Assembly (NCBI GenBank): GCA_012026655.1
Contig: JAAILG010001639.1
Span: 1-63,850, forward strand
Source of the DNA: Hydrolagus affinis
Lineage: Eukaryota
DNA: 63,850 nt
Reading direction: 5' to 3'
Numbering within the stretch: position 1 is the stretch's first letter; every line of letters begins with the position of its first letter. The notes under the pieces were generated by a model. The model did not search any database, was not told the origin of the DNA, and saw only the letters and a list, made by a program, of their open reading frames with translations. The translations under genes were made by a program, and so were the position numbers. Below are positions 39,326-52,910 of this stretch, one piece after another.

Positions 39326-39814
39326 CTTGATAATAATCCCTCTAAAAAATAGCCTTATCCTGTTTTTGTGTTTCTCCTCACTACACTCCAATAACTCCAC
39401 TCAAATAACCTAGATTATTCCTAACCTTATAATCGCCTTTTGCTCTCCAACTGTGACATTTCCACTTCTCGCAACTCATAGCACTTTTTCGTGAGAAATG
39501 ACAACATGATGCAAACCAGTGCCAATTCCTGTTTAGTATTATACTGTTGGCGTTGTGCCAAACCATAAACTGAGGTAGAACTGTCCAAATAATTTCCACT
39601 TAAGAAGGTCATTAAAGTCAGCCGAAAGGAGAGATTTTCAACAATTTCTGTCTCCATTGAATCCAAGATCTCAGAGCCAAAAACGGCAGAGTTATCCATT
39701 GTTATAGAGCTTCAAAGATGATTACAATTTAAATATTCCAGTGCGTTTTTAGCACGTGTAGAATCCATAACCCCAATAGGCCATAGCCGCAGAATCAATT
39801 GAGAAAACTAAGGA

Positions 39815-39970
39815 AATATAATATATTGTGTTGTTTTTTTTTGGAGGGATTATTATTAGGCGTGTGGAGTAAGGAAACTTGCTCAAGGTTTCGCCCTGAC
39901 CTGCCTGGATTCGAACACAGGTCTCACGCTTGTAAGGCAAGTGCTCTAACCCACTGAGCTACAGGACTCC
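39815..39970 (-). mobile_element. SINE 5' part (tRNA head)
   Basis: Reverse complement reads ggagtcctgtagctcagtgggttagagcacttgccttacaagcgtgagacc. Confidence 0.85.
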
Positions 39971-41236
39971 ACGAGTACGTAATGTTATTTTTCTGTCCGA
40001 TCGTCCTGAAGCACAGTAATGCCGTTTTTCGGGTCTATGGGTTTCCATGTACTGGTTAGTATTTTGGATTCGGCACCTGCTGGCACAAAGTTGTCTGTAT
40101 TTCTGATATCCTGTAACCTCTTATTCGAAACTCCTCAAGTTTCCTTGTCAAAATATTTATCTGTGGATTCTACTTCCCACTTGAGTTGTGGTTCTGTTCC
40201 GCTGAGGTTGCTGGCTTTTCTAATGTAATGCCTATATGCTTTAACATTACTCTTGAAGGGAAAAAAAAATTGTCTACTGTTGTAGAATTGTAATTGTAAA
40301 TCCATTATAACTTCTGAAAGCTTTTCCGTAGTTCAGACACTCGGCAAAACTATTCACCCGCCCTTAACTTTCTCCTTCGCTTTTAACTTTGCTGGCATCA
40401 GTACTACTTACATGTTAATACCTTGCAATCATTCCCCGAAGCGACATGATTATTCTGTATGGTACAGTTTGGAGTAGTTTTTGACAGGATGCCTTAAGAA
40501 TAAATCCAAGTCCCATAAATGATGATTCCCCCCAGAAACTGCATTTCACCAACTGACGGGAATTCTACTCTGGCAAAATCTAGATGTGAAGTAGAGTTCC
40601 TGCAGCTCAATGGGCAGTAAGGAATTTCATTGGGGAAATATCGCAAATTAAACCCCTATTAATGCCTTAACTCTCATTAGCACCACACCTCGTATTTTTG
40701 TTCTCCACCAAAGCCGGAATTTAATTCTGCCCTCCACATTTTAGCAGTCGATTCATTTTGCAAACGCAGCTCAGGATTGGAACGTGTGATAAATGAACAT
40801 TCCTATATGTTGCATTTTCGCTTTAGGGCAGAAAATAATTCTTATGTGGATGTATAAAACTTGTGATGGAATCAGGAAATGAAACCGGACGCCCCGGAGG
40901 TCTTTTCATATAAGCAATGTCACTGATCTCAGAAACAAATTCATCATCATCTGGTGAAATGTTTGTGTAATTTTGTTGACAGAGGGGTGTTTTGTTTTGT
41001 TTTTATTTCTCTTCTCGCTGTTCAGTACATTGGCGCGTTTTCTTTGTCAAAGCTCTTGGGGTGCAAAGCTTAATCTCCCGTTTCCATCACCATCTCTACG
41101 TATGGACTGCTTCGCAAAGATCCTAAACCGTACGTCAGCTTTATTTTGAGGTTCACATGACCTTGGATAGTCTGGAAATCCCATTGCTATCTCCCCCATG
41201 TCCATTGCAAAAATACTTCCAAGCATGAGATACATA

Positions 41237-41562
41237 TAATAATGATAATAATAATAATAATAATAATAATAATTCTTGCATTGGATTTTGCCCTTTTCAC
41301 TTCTTCTCGACTTCTCAAAACGCTTCACAAAACATACTGTAAAGTGAATTGAATGTATTTCGTTGAACGAAACGCAGCAGCCAATTGCACATAGCAGTGT
41401 CCCACAAACAGTCGTGGATTGAAATGACTTTTTTTTTGAGGAATTATTATCAGGCGTATAGAGTAAGGAAACTTGCCCAGGGTTTCGCCCTGACCTGCCT
41501 GGAATTGAACCCGGGTCTCTCGCTTGTAAGGCGAGTGCTCTAACCACTGAGCTACAGGACTC
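41237..41562 (-). mobile_element. Young tRNA-Deu SINE, full length, long (AAT)n tail
   Basis: Near-consensus copy. Source of spurious ORF 41047..41583 with its poly-Tyr run. Confidence 0.9.
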
Positions 41563-43789
41563 TAGCATTGCATCATTTATCACGTCTTTAAATTATGCTC
41601 CCTAATGAATATTGGGAACTATTCTGGAAATCAACCCACACCCCCAGAGAAAGCCTACGGGTGATGTTAGATTTCTAGTTAGCTACTTGGGCAGAATGTT
41701 GGCTGTGGTTAAAATTAAGCAAGAGTACTCTGGTCCTTTCTGTGCTGCGACTCGACTCACAAATCCCCGTTGGGTTAACGACCTTTTTGCCGTGTTTACG
41801 CTCCCTTTCCCACAAAACGTTGGGCAGCAACTTTTGGAGCTGAATCACTCTAGAAGCAGCACTGCTCACTCGGGACCACCTTAAGAGAATTTTGCAGCAC
41901 TCAGTTTCACACTGCAGCAGTAGAAACACAGCCAAATAAGTCAAAATCATTCTGGCATTGCTCCCAAAGTGTTCCTTGGCCAAATACATTTAAATGGAAA
42001 CATTATCCAACAAACTATCGGATAAGGCTGTTTGATAACATTAACATATATACAAAAAATTGGAATTTGGAGTTCTGTGCATGCGTTTATTGCATAGAAC
42101 TCCGATTATATATAGTTAGTTTTAGGCATACAAACTCATCTCCTCAGCCTGGCTACTGTGATGTTCAAGGGGAGGTTTTATAAGACAACAACAAAATTAC
42201 ACTTGTATAGCGCCTTTCACGTCAGGAGGACATCCCAAGGCGTTGGAAACGGGAGGAAGATGTTTCGCCCCACATTGCTCTACAACTGAAAACAGCGTTG
42301 TGTTCTTTTCAGCAGCAGAACAAAAAGTTGTAGGAACCCACTAAAAGCTTTATTTTACGGTTTTTATTTGAATATGAACCAGGTCTTGTGAGGATTGTTC
42401 AATGTGCAATGTCCTGTTGACTGCAGATTCCATATTAGCTTTCAATGAGAAACAAGATACATAATCTAAATGAGTCATTGGCAGGGGAATGGGAGAACGG
42501 TAGGCAAACAATAGGTAACAACTGATACACTTGGGTATCGCATCATTCTCATTAAGGGGGTAGTCTAAAGTGCTTCACGGGATATACAGAGTGACTGTAC
42601 ATTTGGTGGGCCAATATGGAGGCCAATTAGCATAGAGCAATGTGCTACAAATAGCCATGAAGTGAATGACTTGCTTCTTCAAAGAGCCAGCACAGAACAT
42701 GATGTGCCAAATAGCATTCCTCTGTGCTATAATTCTAAATTATAATTCTATAATTCTACAGAACTTCGTACAATAGTTCTATTTTTTGTCCAAGTGAGCA
42801 TACAAAAGACAAAGTGTTAAAAAGCACATGATAACGCGATATATCAAATGAAAGGTTTTTTTGTGCTATGTACTGTACGGTACTCCTAACTGTGGAAAAT
42901 CCTGTTTACATTTGTGCATTTGCTGCACATCTGTACACATGCAGCATATTTGTATACCTATCAAAATGGAAGGTTTATTTACATGTTGGGGAAAGGGTAT
43001 GAAATACTTCATACTTAAACACCATTGTACACGTTTACAACAATTAGTTCACATGGTTTTGTATTTGTAACCCATGTTATTCTTTTTGCCAACTGACAAT
43101 GAAGAAATTAAAAGGGTAGGGAAAAAAATCAATGCTGATAAGGTCTGGAGATTTTTCAGCCATAAATCAAAAATGTTGTGTATTAAGTCAGAAAAGCACA
43201 GAACTAAAAAATACATATATATCTATCAAACAGTTTTATATTTTAGGCTGCAGTGACAGGTCCCTAAGGCTGGGAGCTGGTGTGCTTTTTGCTAATAAAT
43301 GCCTACTTCTTTTGTAGACTCCTGAAGGGAATTGAAGCTTTCGGAATAGGGTTCTTGGGGCTATAGGGAACAAATATTAGGTTTCCAAAGTGAATATTGT
43401 AAGCTTGCAAACACACTTTAAGTTTAAACTTTCAAAGATCAGATTGTTTGCCTCACTTGCTTTTTTTTTGGGTTCAGTAAAAAGCATTTTTATTGGAACC
43501 CGAAATAAAGCCAGGATTTTTTTCTGAGTTTAGAGCTTTGCGAATTTTGATCAATATGTAGTTTACAGCCCCCACAACCAGCCCCCCACCCCCACCCCCA
43601 CCCCCCAAAAAAAGCAAAGCTGAGGATATGGGAAGTGGTTAAGGGGGTTTGGCTATACTGTATTTGATTGTGGTCAGTGAAACCACATGGTCACTGGCAG
43701 AAGCTAATGCAAATCAGTTACACTTTTTATAAAAGAATATTAACATTACATATGAATGAAATTCTAAATCAAATGTTTTCTTGTCTCAT

Positions 43790-43952
43790 CCACTCCTTTC
43801 CCATCATCAGATCACGCCTGAAGACCTTTCTCTTTGCCCATGCTTACAGACACCTTCCCCCTCCCCCTGGCTCGGACTCGGGCTCCGCCATTGTGAAGCG
43901 CCACCAGGCATCAAATGCAAGGATTATTATGATCAGAAATGCAAGTTGTTGT
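43790..43952 (+). mobile_element. L2-clade LINE 3' end, family B
   Basis: cctgaagacctttctctttgcccatgcttacagacaccttccccctccccctggctcgg... matches 17035-17115. Confidence 0.65.
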
Positions 43953-44794
43953 TGTACAATGAAACCTTTTAGAATCGCAATGAATTGGTGAAGCAAAGTT
44001 ATTTATAAAGTAATTTAAACATTCAGCCAGTACATAACTGATTCTTTACACACCTCCCTTTTCAAAGCACCTGTTTGGTTTCCAAATTTGTCCCAATGTG
44101 CCTGTTCAGCTCTTTGGGATGTCCTCCCGACGTGAAACCTATAAATACACTCTATAAATGTAATTTTGTTGTTGATTAAAAAATTATTCCTCCGCAATAT
44201 TATGTTCCGCAAGTGGATAACGATTATGTCTCTGTTCGTTCACAGAGAAGATTTCATTGCATTCTATCAATCAGTTAATATTGCTTTAGTTAATTTCATT
44301 AACTATTAATTAAACCTTCACTGTAAAATACAGTTTGGGATTTCCTTATTCCCTTAATAAAGATGTGTTATCACATTCAGCTCAGCACAGATTTACCTGT
44401 CTGTCAATATTGGAAGATGCAGTCTAAACACTGGGCTCGGTATCAAAGAGACATCATCGCTGCTTTAATATCTTGGGCAGAATAGGAGGAGGTCATTCAA
44501 CTCATTGAGCCCACTTCTCAGATGTAATCCTGAGGATACCACAGCTCAATCAGACAACCTGTGTCATAGCTCAAAGCCTTTAAAAACAAAGGTAACGTTG
44601 CAATTGATCAAAAGGTAGTTTGAGATGAATTATAAAGCTGCTGAAATTTACGTTAAAACGATACCGTAAATTGACGCAATAAGTTGCACAGAAATGTCGG
44701 TATTTATTGATTAAAGCGCAGCAAGGTAATTCTAGATTATTCAGAAGCCACTGAACACGCATCGCTTAATCTGAAGAAGGAATTTATTTCAAGG

Positions 44795-45160
44795 GTCAAC
44801 TTGGCTCAGTTGGTAGTACTCTCACCTTTGAGTGAGAAGATCTTGGGTTCAAGCCCAGCATCAGGAATTAGGTTCACAACGCAAGACTGACAAGCTTGAG
44901 ATGGTATATTACACATACCATCTTTCAGATAAGGTGTTAAACCGATGTATTGCTCTGATAAATATCGTGGCACTATTTTGAAGAGAAGGGAGTTCTCTCA
45001 CCCAATATTCTTCCCATATCCCAAATTGCACCAAAAAAGCACAATTCAGTCATTTATTTCTGTGACAAAATGCTACTCACAATTATTTACTGCAAGTGTT
45101 TGCATTAGAACCGGTACTAGGCTTGAAAGTTACTCACTGTAAGAGGGTTTTGAGGTTGTT
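44795..45160 (+). mobile_element. Old DeuSINE (SacSINE1-like)
   Basis: ggctcagttggtagtactctcacctttgagtgagaagatcttgggttcaagccc...catctttcagataaggtgttaaaccga...tggcactattttgaagag. Confidence 0.7.
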
Positions 45161-46241
45161 TCGATGGGTTGAAGAGTTAAATCAAATGCCTTAAACAAAG
45201 TGCCTTAGAAACTCCTACTGGACCAAAATGTGCTACATAAATGCAAATTTGTACTGTATAACTAACTTAATTAATCCCCAGCAACTGGTTTGTAACAGAA
45301 ATGCCCTCCATTCAATTGTGTCGTCCCTTTTTGGAAAAAGTAAGTCAGCCAAACTGGTTGAATCTTGACTTAGAGTGGATTTCCAACATTTGGCAGTATC
45401 TCGGAGCTGGAGATAAACACAAGTGAACTGTAGCCACAAATGGCCCACCTGCTTGCAGTGTTTTGTTAGAAGAACTGTAACAGCCATAAGGGATATGGGG
45501 AAAGAGCTCAAAAGTGGGATTAATAATACAGGGCGATTTAGAAAAACAGGTAACAGAGCTGCAGCCGCAATGACCCGAATGGCCTCCTTCAGTGTTGAAC
45601 ATGTCTAAGTTACTATCTAAATAGTTTGTTTGAATAGAAAGACATCAGCTGCACGGTCCATTCTGTAGGGTTGAGGTATGATTGCTGCACCAGCAGGCCT
45701 GCACTGAAGTGACTCCATTCCCCATTCAATTCATCTGGAACACACTGTACCATTGTTTCGAATAATCATTTCAGCCTCAACCACTGAAATATTTTAAACG
45801 GCTGAGGGCTAGAGACTGAAATTAATAGGCCATTCAATTTGTTTTTTACACATTTAAATAACTTTTAAAAATACAATTCTGGGCCACGTTGTGACTTTTG
45901 TTTAATACCTTGCGTTAATACCTTTTCACAAAGCACTTCGCAAAGACACTGGTCACCCTTCCTTATCATCACTGCAAAATCCAAGTGCCCAGCCTCAAAC
46001 TCCAGCAATGTAGCCTGAAGCTGAACCTGACCTACAGTGACCTTGGACTTTTTTACTGGATAGAGAAAATCATTGATTATCGGGTTTGGTGCTACAGTTA
46101 ATTTATTTTTAAGTGGAAACCAATCAAGGGGTTGTAATTCAGAATTCGTCATTCATAGCCCCTTTTCAAACATAGCATTAATTGTGTCTTGTTACAATTG
46201 TCTCGACTAAACACCTGAACAAATCTATCAAATAACAATGT

Positions 46242-46574
46242 GGAGCTCCTGTGGCTTAGTGGTTAGAGCACTTGACTTGCAAGCCGGGGAGACCAAGCTG
46301 GGGAGACCTATGTTCGAATCCAGGCAGGTCAGGGCGAAACCTTGGGCAAGTTTCCTTACTCCACACGCCTAATAATAATCCGTCCAAAAAAACCACAATG
46401 ATAAAATTGGTCATTTTCAATCCATGACTGTTTGTGGGACACTGCTGTGCGCAATTGGTTGCTGCATTTCGCCCATAAATATACAGTCAATTCACTTTAC
46501 AGTATATTCTGTGAAGCGCTTTGGGACATCAATAAGATGTGAAAAGCACTATATCAAATGCAAGGATTATTATT
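46242..46574 (+). mobile_element. Young tRNA-Deu SINE, full length, with a small internal duplication (aagc.ggggagacc x2)
   Basis: Head, core and tail all present. Confidence 0.9.
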
Positions 46575-47668
46575 GTGAGATAAGTAAAGCAACAGATGCT
46601 TCTGCTTCCTCCCTTTGGCGTTTAGTTTCTATCGAGTTGATACCATGAAAGTAAATGGGGGGAGGAGTTGCCTAAATGAGAGTACAGTCAGAAACATACC
46701 CACAAATTCAGCACCTTTTATATTCTTTGTCTGAGAAAAGGACACTCCAAAGTTTAAAACAGAGAACACTCAACATTGTAGTTGCTTAAGATTTTATTAT
46801 AGCTGCTAAATCAGGGCAGGCTGATTTATATTGAATATGCATAATACTATATCCACTTACCATGTTGGCTGACTAACCCAACCTAACAGCTTTAACAGCA
46901 ATGTTTTTGCCCCTTAGTTGGAACTGCTGGCTATGATACGATTATCACCAGTACTCTACTGGTACACCTTGGCATCAGATCTTTTCTGATGGTGACTTTC
47001 AGAGGTACAATTTGGTAGTAACCAGAACAGAAAGCCGTGCTAATATTTCTATCCAATTTACTCACATCATGCACATAGTTTTGTACTTAAGATTACACTT
47101 GGAAGTGACAGGAAGAAAGCACAAACTGTTGCCGTGCCCTCTTCACTTAGTGGAAAATGAACAGCAATGATATAACTTGTAAAGTCCTTAAGTTCTGATG
47201 TTTTTAAAGGAAATATTTGCATTGTATATTTGGACGCACCGAATAGTCATAATCCTATCTCCACCATTGGTGAAAATCCAGTGAGACTCTACGCATATAT
47301 CTTTAGTAACTGCACCAGCACCGATGAACAGGAGACCCAAATTAACACTGGGATTCATTTGGTGGTATATCTTAATTAAGATGGCTGGAAGGCTGTGATG
47401 ATTACTTTCAGGACTCCTGTGATTACTGAATCTGTTTTCAGAGATGGGTTCCCTCAGGTCAGAGTGCTGCGTGTACCATTCATCACTTAACATGTGTATC
47501 ATAAGGAATTACCCCTTACAATCCTTGGTTAAGAAATCTGTTGAGAAATGCCGTGCAATTAAACCAAATATAGATGGGAATCCCTTTCAGTCAGAACCAT
47601 TGCTGCTTTGAGAAGAGTTCAATTTTTCTACCTTATCCCCGTGTGATACCGTTTTAATTCACCATCTC

Positions 47669-47972
47669 ATAATTCTTGCATTTGATATAATACTTTTCAC
47701 GTCTGCTAGACGTCTCAAAGCACTTCACAGAATATACTGTAAAGTGAATTGACTGTATATTTGTGAGCGAAACGTGGCAGCCAATTGCACAAATCAGTGT
47801 CCCACAAACAGTCGTGGTTTGAAATTATCAATTCTTTATGGGGGATTTTTTGAGGGATTATTATCATGCGTGTGGAGTAGGGAAACTTGCCCAAGATTTT
47901 GCCTTGCCTGGAATCGAACCCACTTCTCATGTTTGCAGGGCGAGTGCTCTAACCACTGAGTTACAGGACTTC
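47669..47972 (-). mobile_element. Young tRNA-Deu SINE, full length
   Basis: Head, core and tail all present. Followed by a plus-strand tail fragment at 47983-48048. Confidence 0.9.
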
Positions 47973-48065
47973 GATCTTCATCTGAAGCACTTTGAGACAT
48001 TTCAAAGGCGTGGAAAGGTGCTGTATCAAATGCAAGGTTTCTTATTATGATTTAAGCTCTATATC

Positions 48066-48753
48066 ATGAAGCCAATCAGGAACCTATGCATCTTGTTTGA
48101 CCTGAATTGTCCTTTCTCCCCCACATGGCACATTGCCAGACTCCACCACTGGCTCACTCTTCAGGCTGCCGAAATCCTCATCCATGCATTCGTCACATCA
48201 AGGCTTGCCTATGGAAACTCCCTCCTCATCATCCTTCTCTGCTCTTCCCTTCACAAGCTGCAGCTCGTGTCTTCTCCCACACTAGGGTCCGTGACCACAT
48301 CACTCTCGCCCTCGCTAGGCTCCATTGGCTTCCCACCCCCCAGAGGATCAAACTCAAGATCCACGCCCTCACTTTCAAGACCATTCACACCCTTGCCCTT
48401 TCCTATCTCTCCTACCAGCTGACTCCCCATCAACCTGCCCTCTCCCTCCGTTCAACGGGTTCCCGTCTGCTCCATGTCTCCCGCCCTAACATCATGGTCG
48501 GGCTTTCAGCCTCTCTGCCCCTTACTCTGGAACTCCATCCGACAGTCACTTCATCTCACTTCCTCCCTTGCCTCCTTCAAGGCCGTTCTTAAGACCCTCC
48601 TTTTCGATCGTGCCTTCTGCCGCCCTCTCTCCGTCCCCTCCCCCTTACCTGTCCTTCTCTCATGCTCAGGTCCCAACCTCTGATTGTTCAGTGCATTCGG
48701 ACGTCCTCCCGACATGAAAGGCGCTCTATAAATATAATTTTGTTGTTGTTGTT
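48066..48753 (+). mobile_element. L2-clade LINE 3' fragment, family A
   Basis: Peptides RNLCILFD...AAEILIHAFVTSRLAYGNSLL and DHITLALARLHWLPTPQRIKLKI across frameshifts. Same tail as the 7311-7915 copy. Confidence 0.9.
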
Positions 48754-50594
48754 GTATGATGATTATTATTATTATCTCCTTGGTATTTTAATTTTTATTC
48801 TAATTCTAAACCCCCCAAAATATAATTCAATTATTACACTCGTGTATATATCAGGCATATCATGCTCATTAGCTGAGTATTCTTTCCATCAAGTCTCTGG
48901 CCTGTAACCCCTATTTTAGTAAGTGTTTGTTTCAATGAATTCTGTTTTTTAACCCCATTACTTTGGGGGGGTTAATAGTTTTGCATACAGATGATGGAAT
49001 TCTGCTGTAAAGTGCCGGGAGATTACGATTTTGTTCTATTAGACAGCTTATTCGTGCATTTAATTATTACAAATATATTTTAAAGTCATCTTAAATAATG
49101 CATGACCAATGAAAAAAAGAGGAGACCCATAGGATTGTAGCAAATGAAATGGATTGTCGGTGGTTAAGGCAGCTGTTGATTTGCCTGGTAAAATTCGACT
49201 CCGAGTTCACTGTTTGACAGAGTCTTTAGAGAGCTGGTGAAGAAATTGCTGTAAGCTCAGGTGGAAAATGATCACTCATTTGAGAAATAATCAACACAGG
49301 GGTATTTGGGCGAATATTGTATCTAAGACTAACCATTGAAGGCAGAGTTCAGAGATTCCGCATTCGCCATGTCTCTCTTATTAAAATAATCACTTGCGAT
49401 TACAGGTAAGAAAAAATAATGTACTATGAACAATTTTTCTCCACCTCTCCCGTGCGTATTTATCCTTTTGATGTTCTGTCTCCGAGCAGCACATTTCTGC
49501 TGTCTGAAAGAGACCGAAACAATGCACTGGAGTTGCAGTGTAGAACTCAATCTGCAGGAACTATCAACAGAAGGCACCAGGCAATTTATTGAATACTGGA
49601 GATGAAAGAAGAAAAATGCAATATAAAAACTGACCACCTCGAAAATAGAGCAGTAAAAGCCATTGTAGTATGCCCTAATCTTATCAAATGCAGAAAAATA
49701 TGAGTACCATTAAATCTTCCTTTGAAATTGATATAGACCTTTAACTTAAGCAACAGAATCGAGTTAATTAATCTATTGTTCAGGCAAACAAGCAGGAAAG
49801 GGAGCAGAGAAAAAAAAACATTGCATATCTGGTCTCATTCAGGAGATGAAGGAAGGCGGAGCAAAGTTAAATCCACATAAATGACAGATTCTTAGTTAAA
49901 ACAAGACAGGAAGCAGAAATATAAATGCAATATGCCTACATTGGCAAATAGGCATAATAGCTCTTTACTGCACAAGAACAAAGACAGGAAGGAACAAAGT
50001 GATACCACCTGTGCTGTGTGTGATTAATAAAAAAGGAAATTCAGGCTGCTGAAGTTGTCCAAATGAAATTCAATTACAACCAGAGATGATATTTTTCAGG
50101 TGAACCACTGGACTCTTTATTTTATTAGCAATTCATTATAACGTCATGAAATAATTTGTGTTTATTTGAACTTTAAAAAAAAAATACCAACTAACTGTCT
50201 TGTCATTGATTCCTTCTGATAATTTATAAGTGTTTAGTTCTTAACAGATGAAAGTCATCGTTATATCATCTAATATACGTGATGTGTATCCAGATAGTAA
50301 ACTAATTTACATGAACCATTTTACAGTGGTGTTGGAGTGATTATGAAAGTTCTGTGGAAAATGTATGTGAGTGTGTATATGATGTTGTTGGCTTGTTAAC
50401 CACAACTAATTGAAATGAAGCATTTCGAAATAATGAAATATTGATTTTTATCCCCTTTCAAAACTCCAGAGGAACAAGATGATGATGTTAAAGGATGGGT
50501 AGTCCTGTGGTTTCAACAATTCAGTCGCTGATCTCTCTGCAGGAACCTGAGAAACCTTCCTAAAAATTACTATTTAAATGATATGATAAATAGT

Positions 50595-50930
50595 ATGTGC
50601 GATGACCTAGGTTCAATTCCTGGGCAGGGCGAAGTATTGGGCAAGTTTCCTTAATCCACATGGCTCTATTTACCTACCAGTAAGTGGGAACCCAGTGACT
50701 TTTTCGTTTGGCAGATTGCTTTTCCGGGGTTAATAATCCCTTTGAAAAACATATACTGTATAATTTTGTCACTCAATCCACGACTGATATGCTGTGTGCA
50801 ATTGGCTGTCGCTTTTCACCCACAAAATGTATAGTCAATACACTTTGCAAGATATTTTATGAAGTGCTTTGAGACATCCAGAAGACGTGATAAGGTGCGA
50901 TATGAAATGTGAGGATTATTACTATTATTT
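50595..50930 (+). mobile_element. SINE, long form, diverged
   Basis: gacctaggttcaattcctgggcagggcg...ctctatttacctaccagtaagtgggaacccag...; tail present. Confidence 0.8.
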
Positions 50931-51160
50931 AAAGAGCTTTAAATCTGGTGATTTTTGTTTACAACCCTAGCGCAGGAATGTCGAGATTGGCTGAGATTGG
51001 CCAGCTCAGTGCAGAGATGATATATTACCTGAGAACATCCTGTCTATGTGACTTTTTAATAATAATAATAATCCTTGCATTTGATATAATGCTTTTCATG
51101 TCTTCTGGACGTCTCACCTGACTAGAGGAGTTTCACATGGCTATTGGTTTGTGTGAGCTA

Positions 51161-51655
51161 CTACAACAACAACAAAATTGCACTTATATAGCATCTTTCA
51201 CGCCAAGAGGACGTCCCAAAGCGCTGAACAGTCAGGTCGGGACCCGAGCGGGGGGCGGGGGAGGGGCGGGGGAAGGGGAAGGAGAGTGAGAGAGGGGGGA
51301 GAGTTAGTGGGGCAACAGTTGAAGAGGAAGGTCTTGAGACCGGCCTTGAAGGAGGAAAGGGAGGAAGCGAGGCGGAGGGGCTACGGGATGGAGTTCCACA
51401 GTGTGGGAGCAGAGAGGCTGAAAGCCCGGCCACCAATGGTTGGGTGGTTAGGGTGGTGGACGCGGAGCAGGCCTGAGTCTGCTGAACGGAGGGGATGGGC
51501 ACGGGCTGATAGGAAGACAGTAGGTCAGAGAGATAGGCGGGGGTAAGGCATGAATGGCCTTGAAAGTGAGAACAAGGATCTTGAATTCGATCCTCTGGGT
51601 GACGGGGAGCCAGTGGAGACGGGCGAGGGTGGGAGTGATGTGGTCGCGAGTGAGG
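51161..51655 (-). mobile_element. L2-clade LINE 3' fragment, family A
   Basis: TRDHITPTLARLHWLPVTQRIEFKILVLTFKAIHAL. Closely similar to 7311-7915, same (GTT)n tail. Confidence 0.9.
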
Positions 51656-51764
51656 TGTATTATATGAAATACAAGGATTATTATTAATACTACTACAGTA
51701 CTACTAATAATAATGCTTGATTTCATATAATAATAATAATCCTTGCATTTTGATGTAGCGCTTT

Positions 51765-51864
51765 NNNNNNNNNNNNNNNNNNNNNNNNNNNNNNNNNNNN
51801 NNNNNNNNNNNNNNNNNNNNNNNNNNNNNNNNNNNNNNNNNNNNNNNNNNNNNNNNNNNNNNNN
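51765..51864. other. Assembly gap (100 N, probably of unknown true size), starting inside a SINE tail
   Basis: Run of 100 n, preceded by taataatccttgcattttgatgtagcgcttt. Confidence 0.98.
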
Positions 51865-52617
51865 CTGTCATCAGAGGAAGTGTTACGACTTGTATTTTGC
51901 GTCCATATGTTTTATTCTGAAAGCATATTGCAGTGATGGGAAAAGAACTGAGATCATGCAGTAAAGGAAAAAATTAGCTGTTTTTCTGTTTACCGTTCCT
52001 TTTAAATTATTTTCCCCTTTCTTAGGTTTCTGTCTCTTTTTACACTTAATATCTCTCACCATCTCCCTCCTCCCTTCATTCATGTTCCTTCACTGATTTT
52101 CTTTGTTCCTTCCTCACTGGTTTTGATGTTGATGCACCGTGAGTTACAGCTGTCAGTTCACAGCGAATGTGAATTAGCTAGATTTGGAAGAAGAGACGAG
52201 AGAAAAGGGGATTTCAGAAATCCCAACTCGGAAGGGGGCTAAAAAGTATTTAAATGCTACACAATGAAGAGAATCTGTGTAAATAAATAATACATATAAA
52301 ATGCTCTGTTATTTGTTTTTGTCTGCAATTTTGTGAAATGCATCAAATGTTAAATTTTAGGATATTAAGTGTAGTTTCGTGCTGCATACTCAATGCCATC
52401 TAGCAAATATGTTGAGACTGGCCCAACATATTTAACATAGAAACATTACAGTCCATTACAATACAACTTGCATTTATTTAGCATCCTTTAATCGGGTAGC
52501 ATCTTGAAATGCTAACACAGGAGACAGCAGAAGTTACACCTTTGAACCATAAAAAGCACCTTTGTACATAAAGCGCACAAAGGTACATAAAGTGGAACTT
52601 CATTATATTAAGATTTA

Positions 52618-52910
52618 TTAATAATAATAATCCTTGCACTTGAAGCGGCCCCTCATCATATCGAGGTGTCTTGAAGCCCTTCACAGAATATACTGTAAAG
52701 TGAATTCGCTGCATATTTTCTAGGTGAAATGTGACAGCCAATTGCACATAGCAGTCTCCCACGAACAGCATGAATTGACCCAATTTCTTTTTACGGGATT
52801 ATTATCCCGGAAAATAGATCAGACAATCGACTAACAACTAGGTTCCTACTTATTGCTGGATAAATACAGTTGTGTGGAATAAGGAAACCTGCCTCAGGTT
52901 TCACCCTGCT
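52618..52910 (-). mobile_element. SINE, long form
   Basis: Tail, core and reverse complement of the long-form insert (ggttcctacttattgctggataaatacag). Confidence 0.8.

Noticed and set aside
41490-41562. tRNA-Val/Ala-like sequences (also at 13990-14050, 19120-19181, 57910-57975 and others)
   Set aside because: These are SINE heads. They lack a complete acceptor stem and always continue into the SINE body.
41047-41583. 178-aa ORF with a poly-Tyr run, and similar TVCGTLLC-type ORFs
   Set aside because: Translations of the SINE consensus and its (ATT)n tail.
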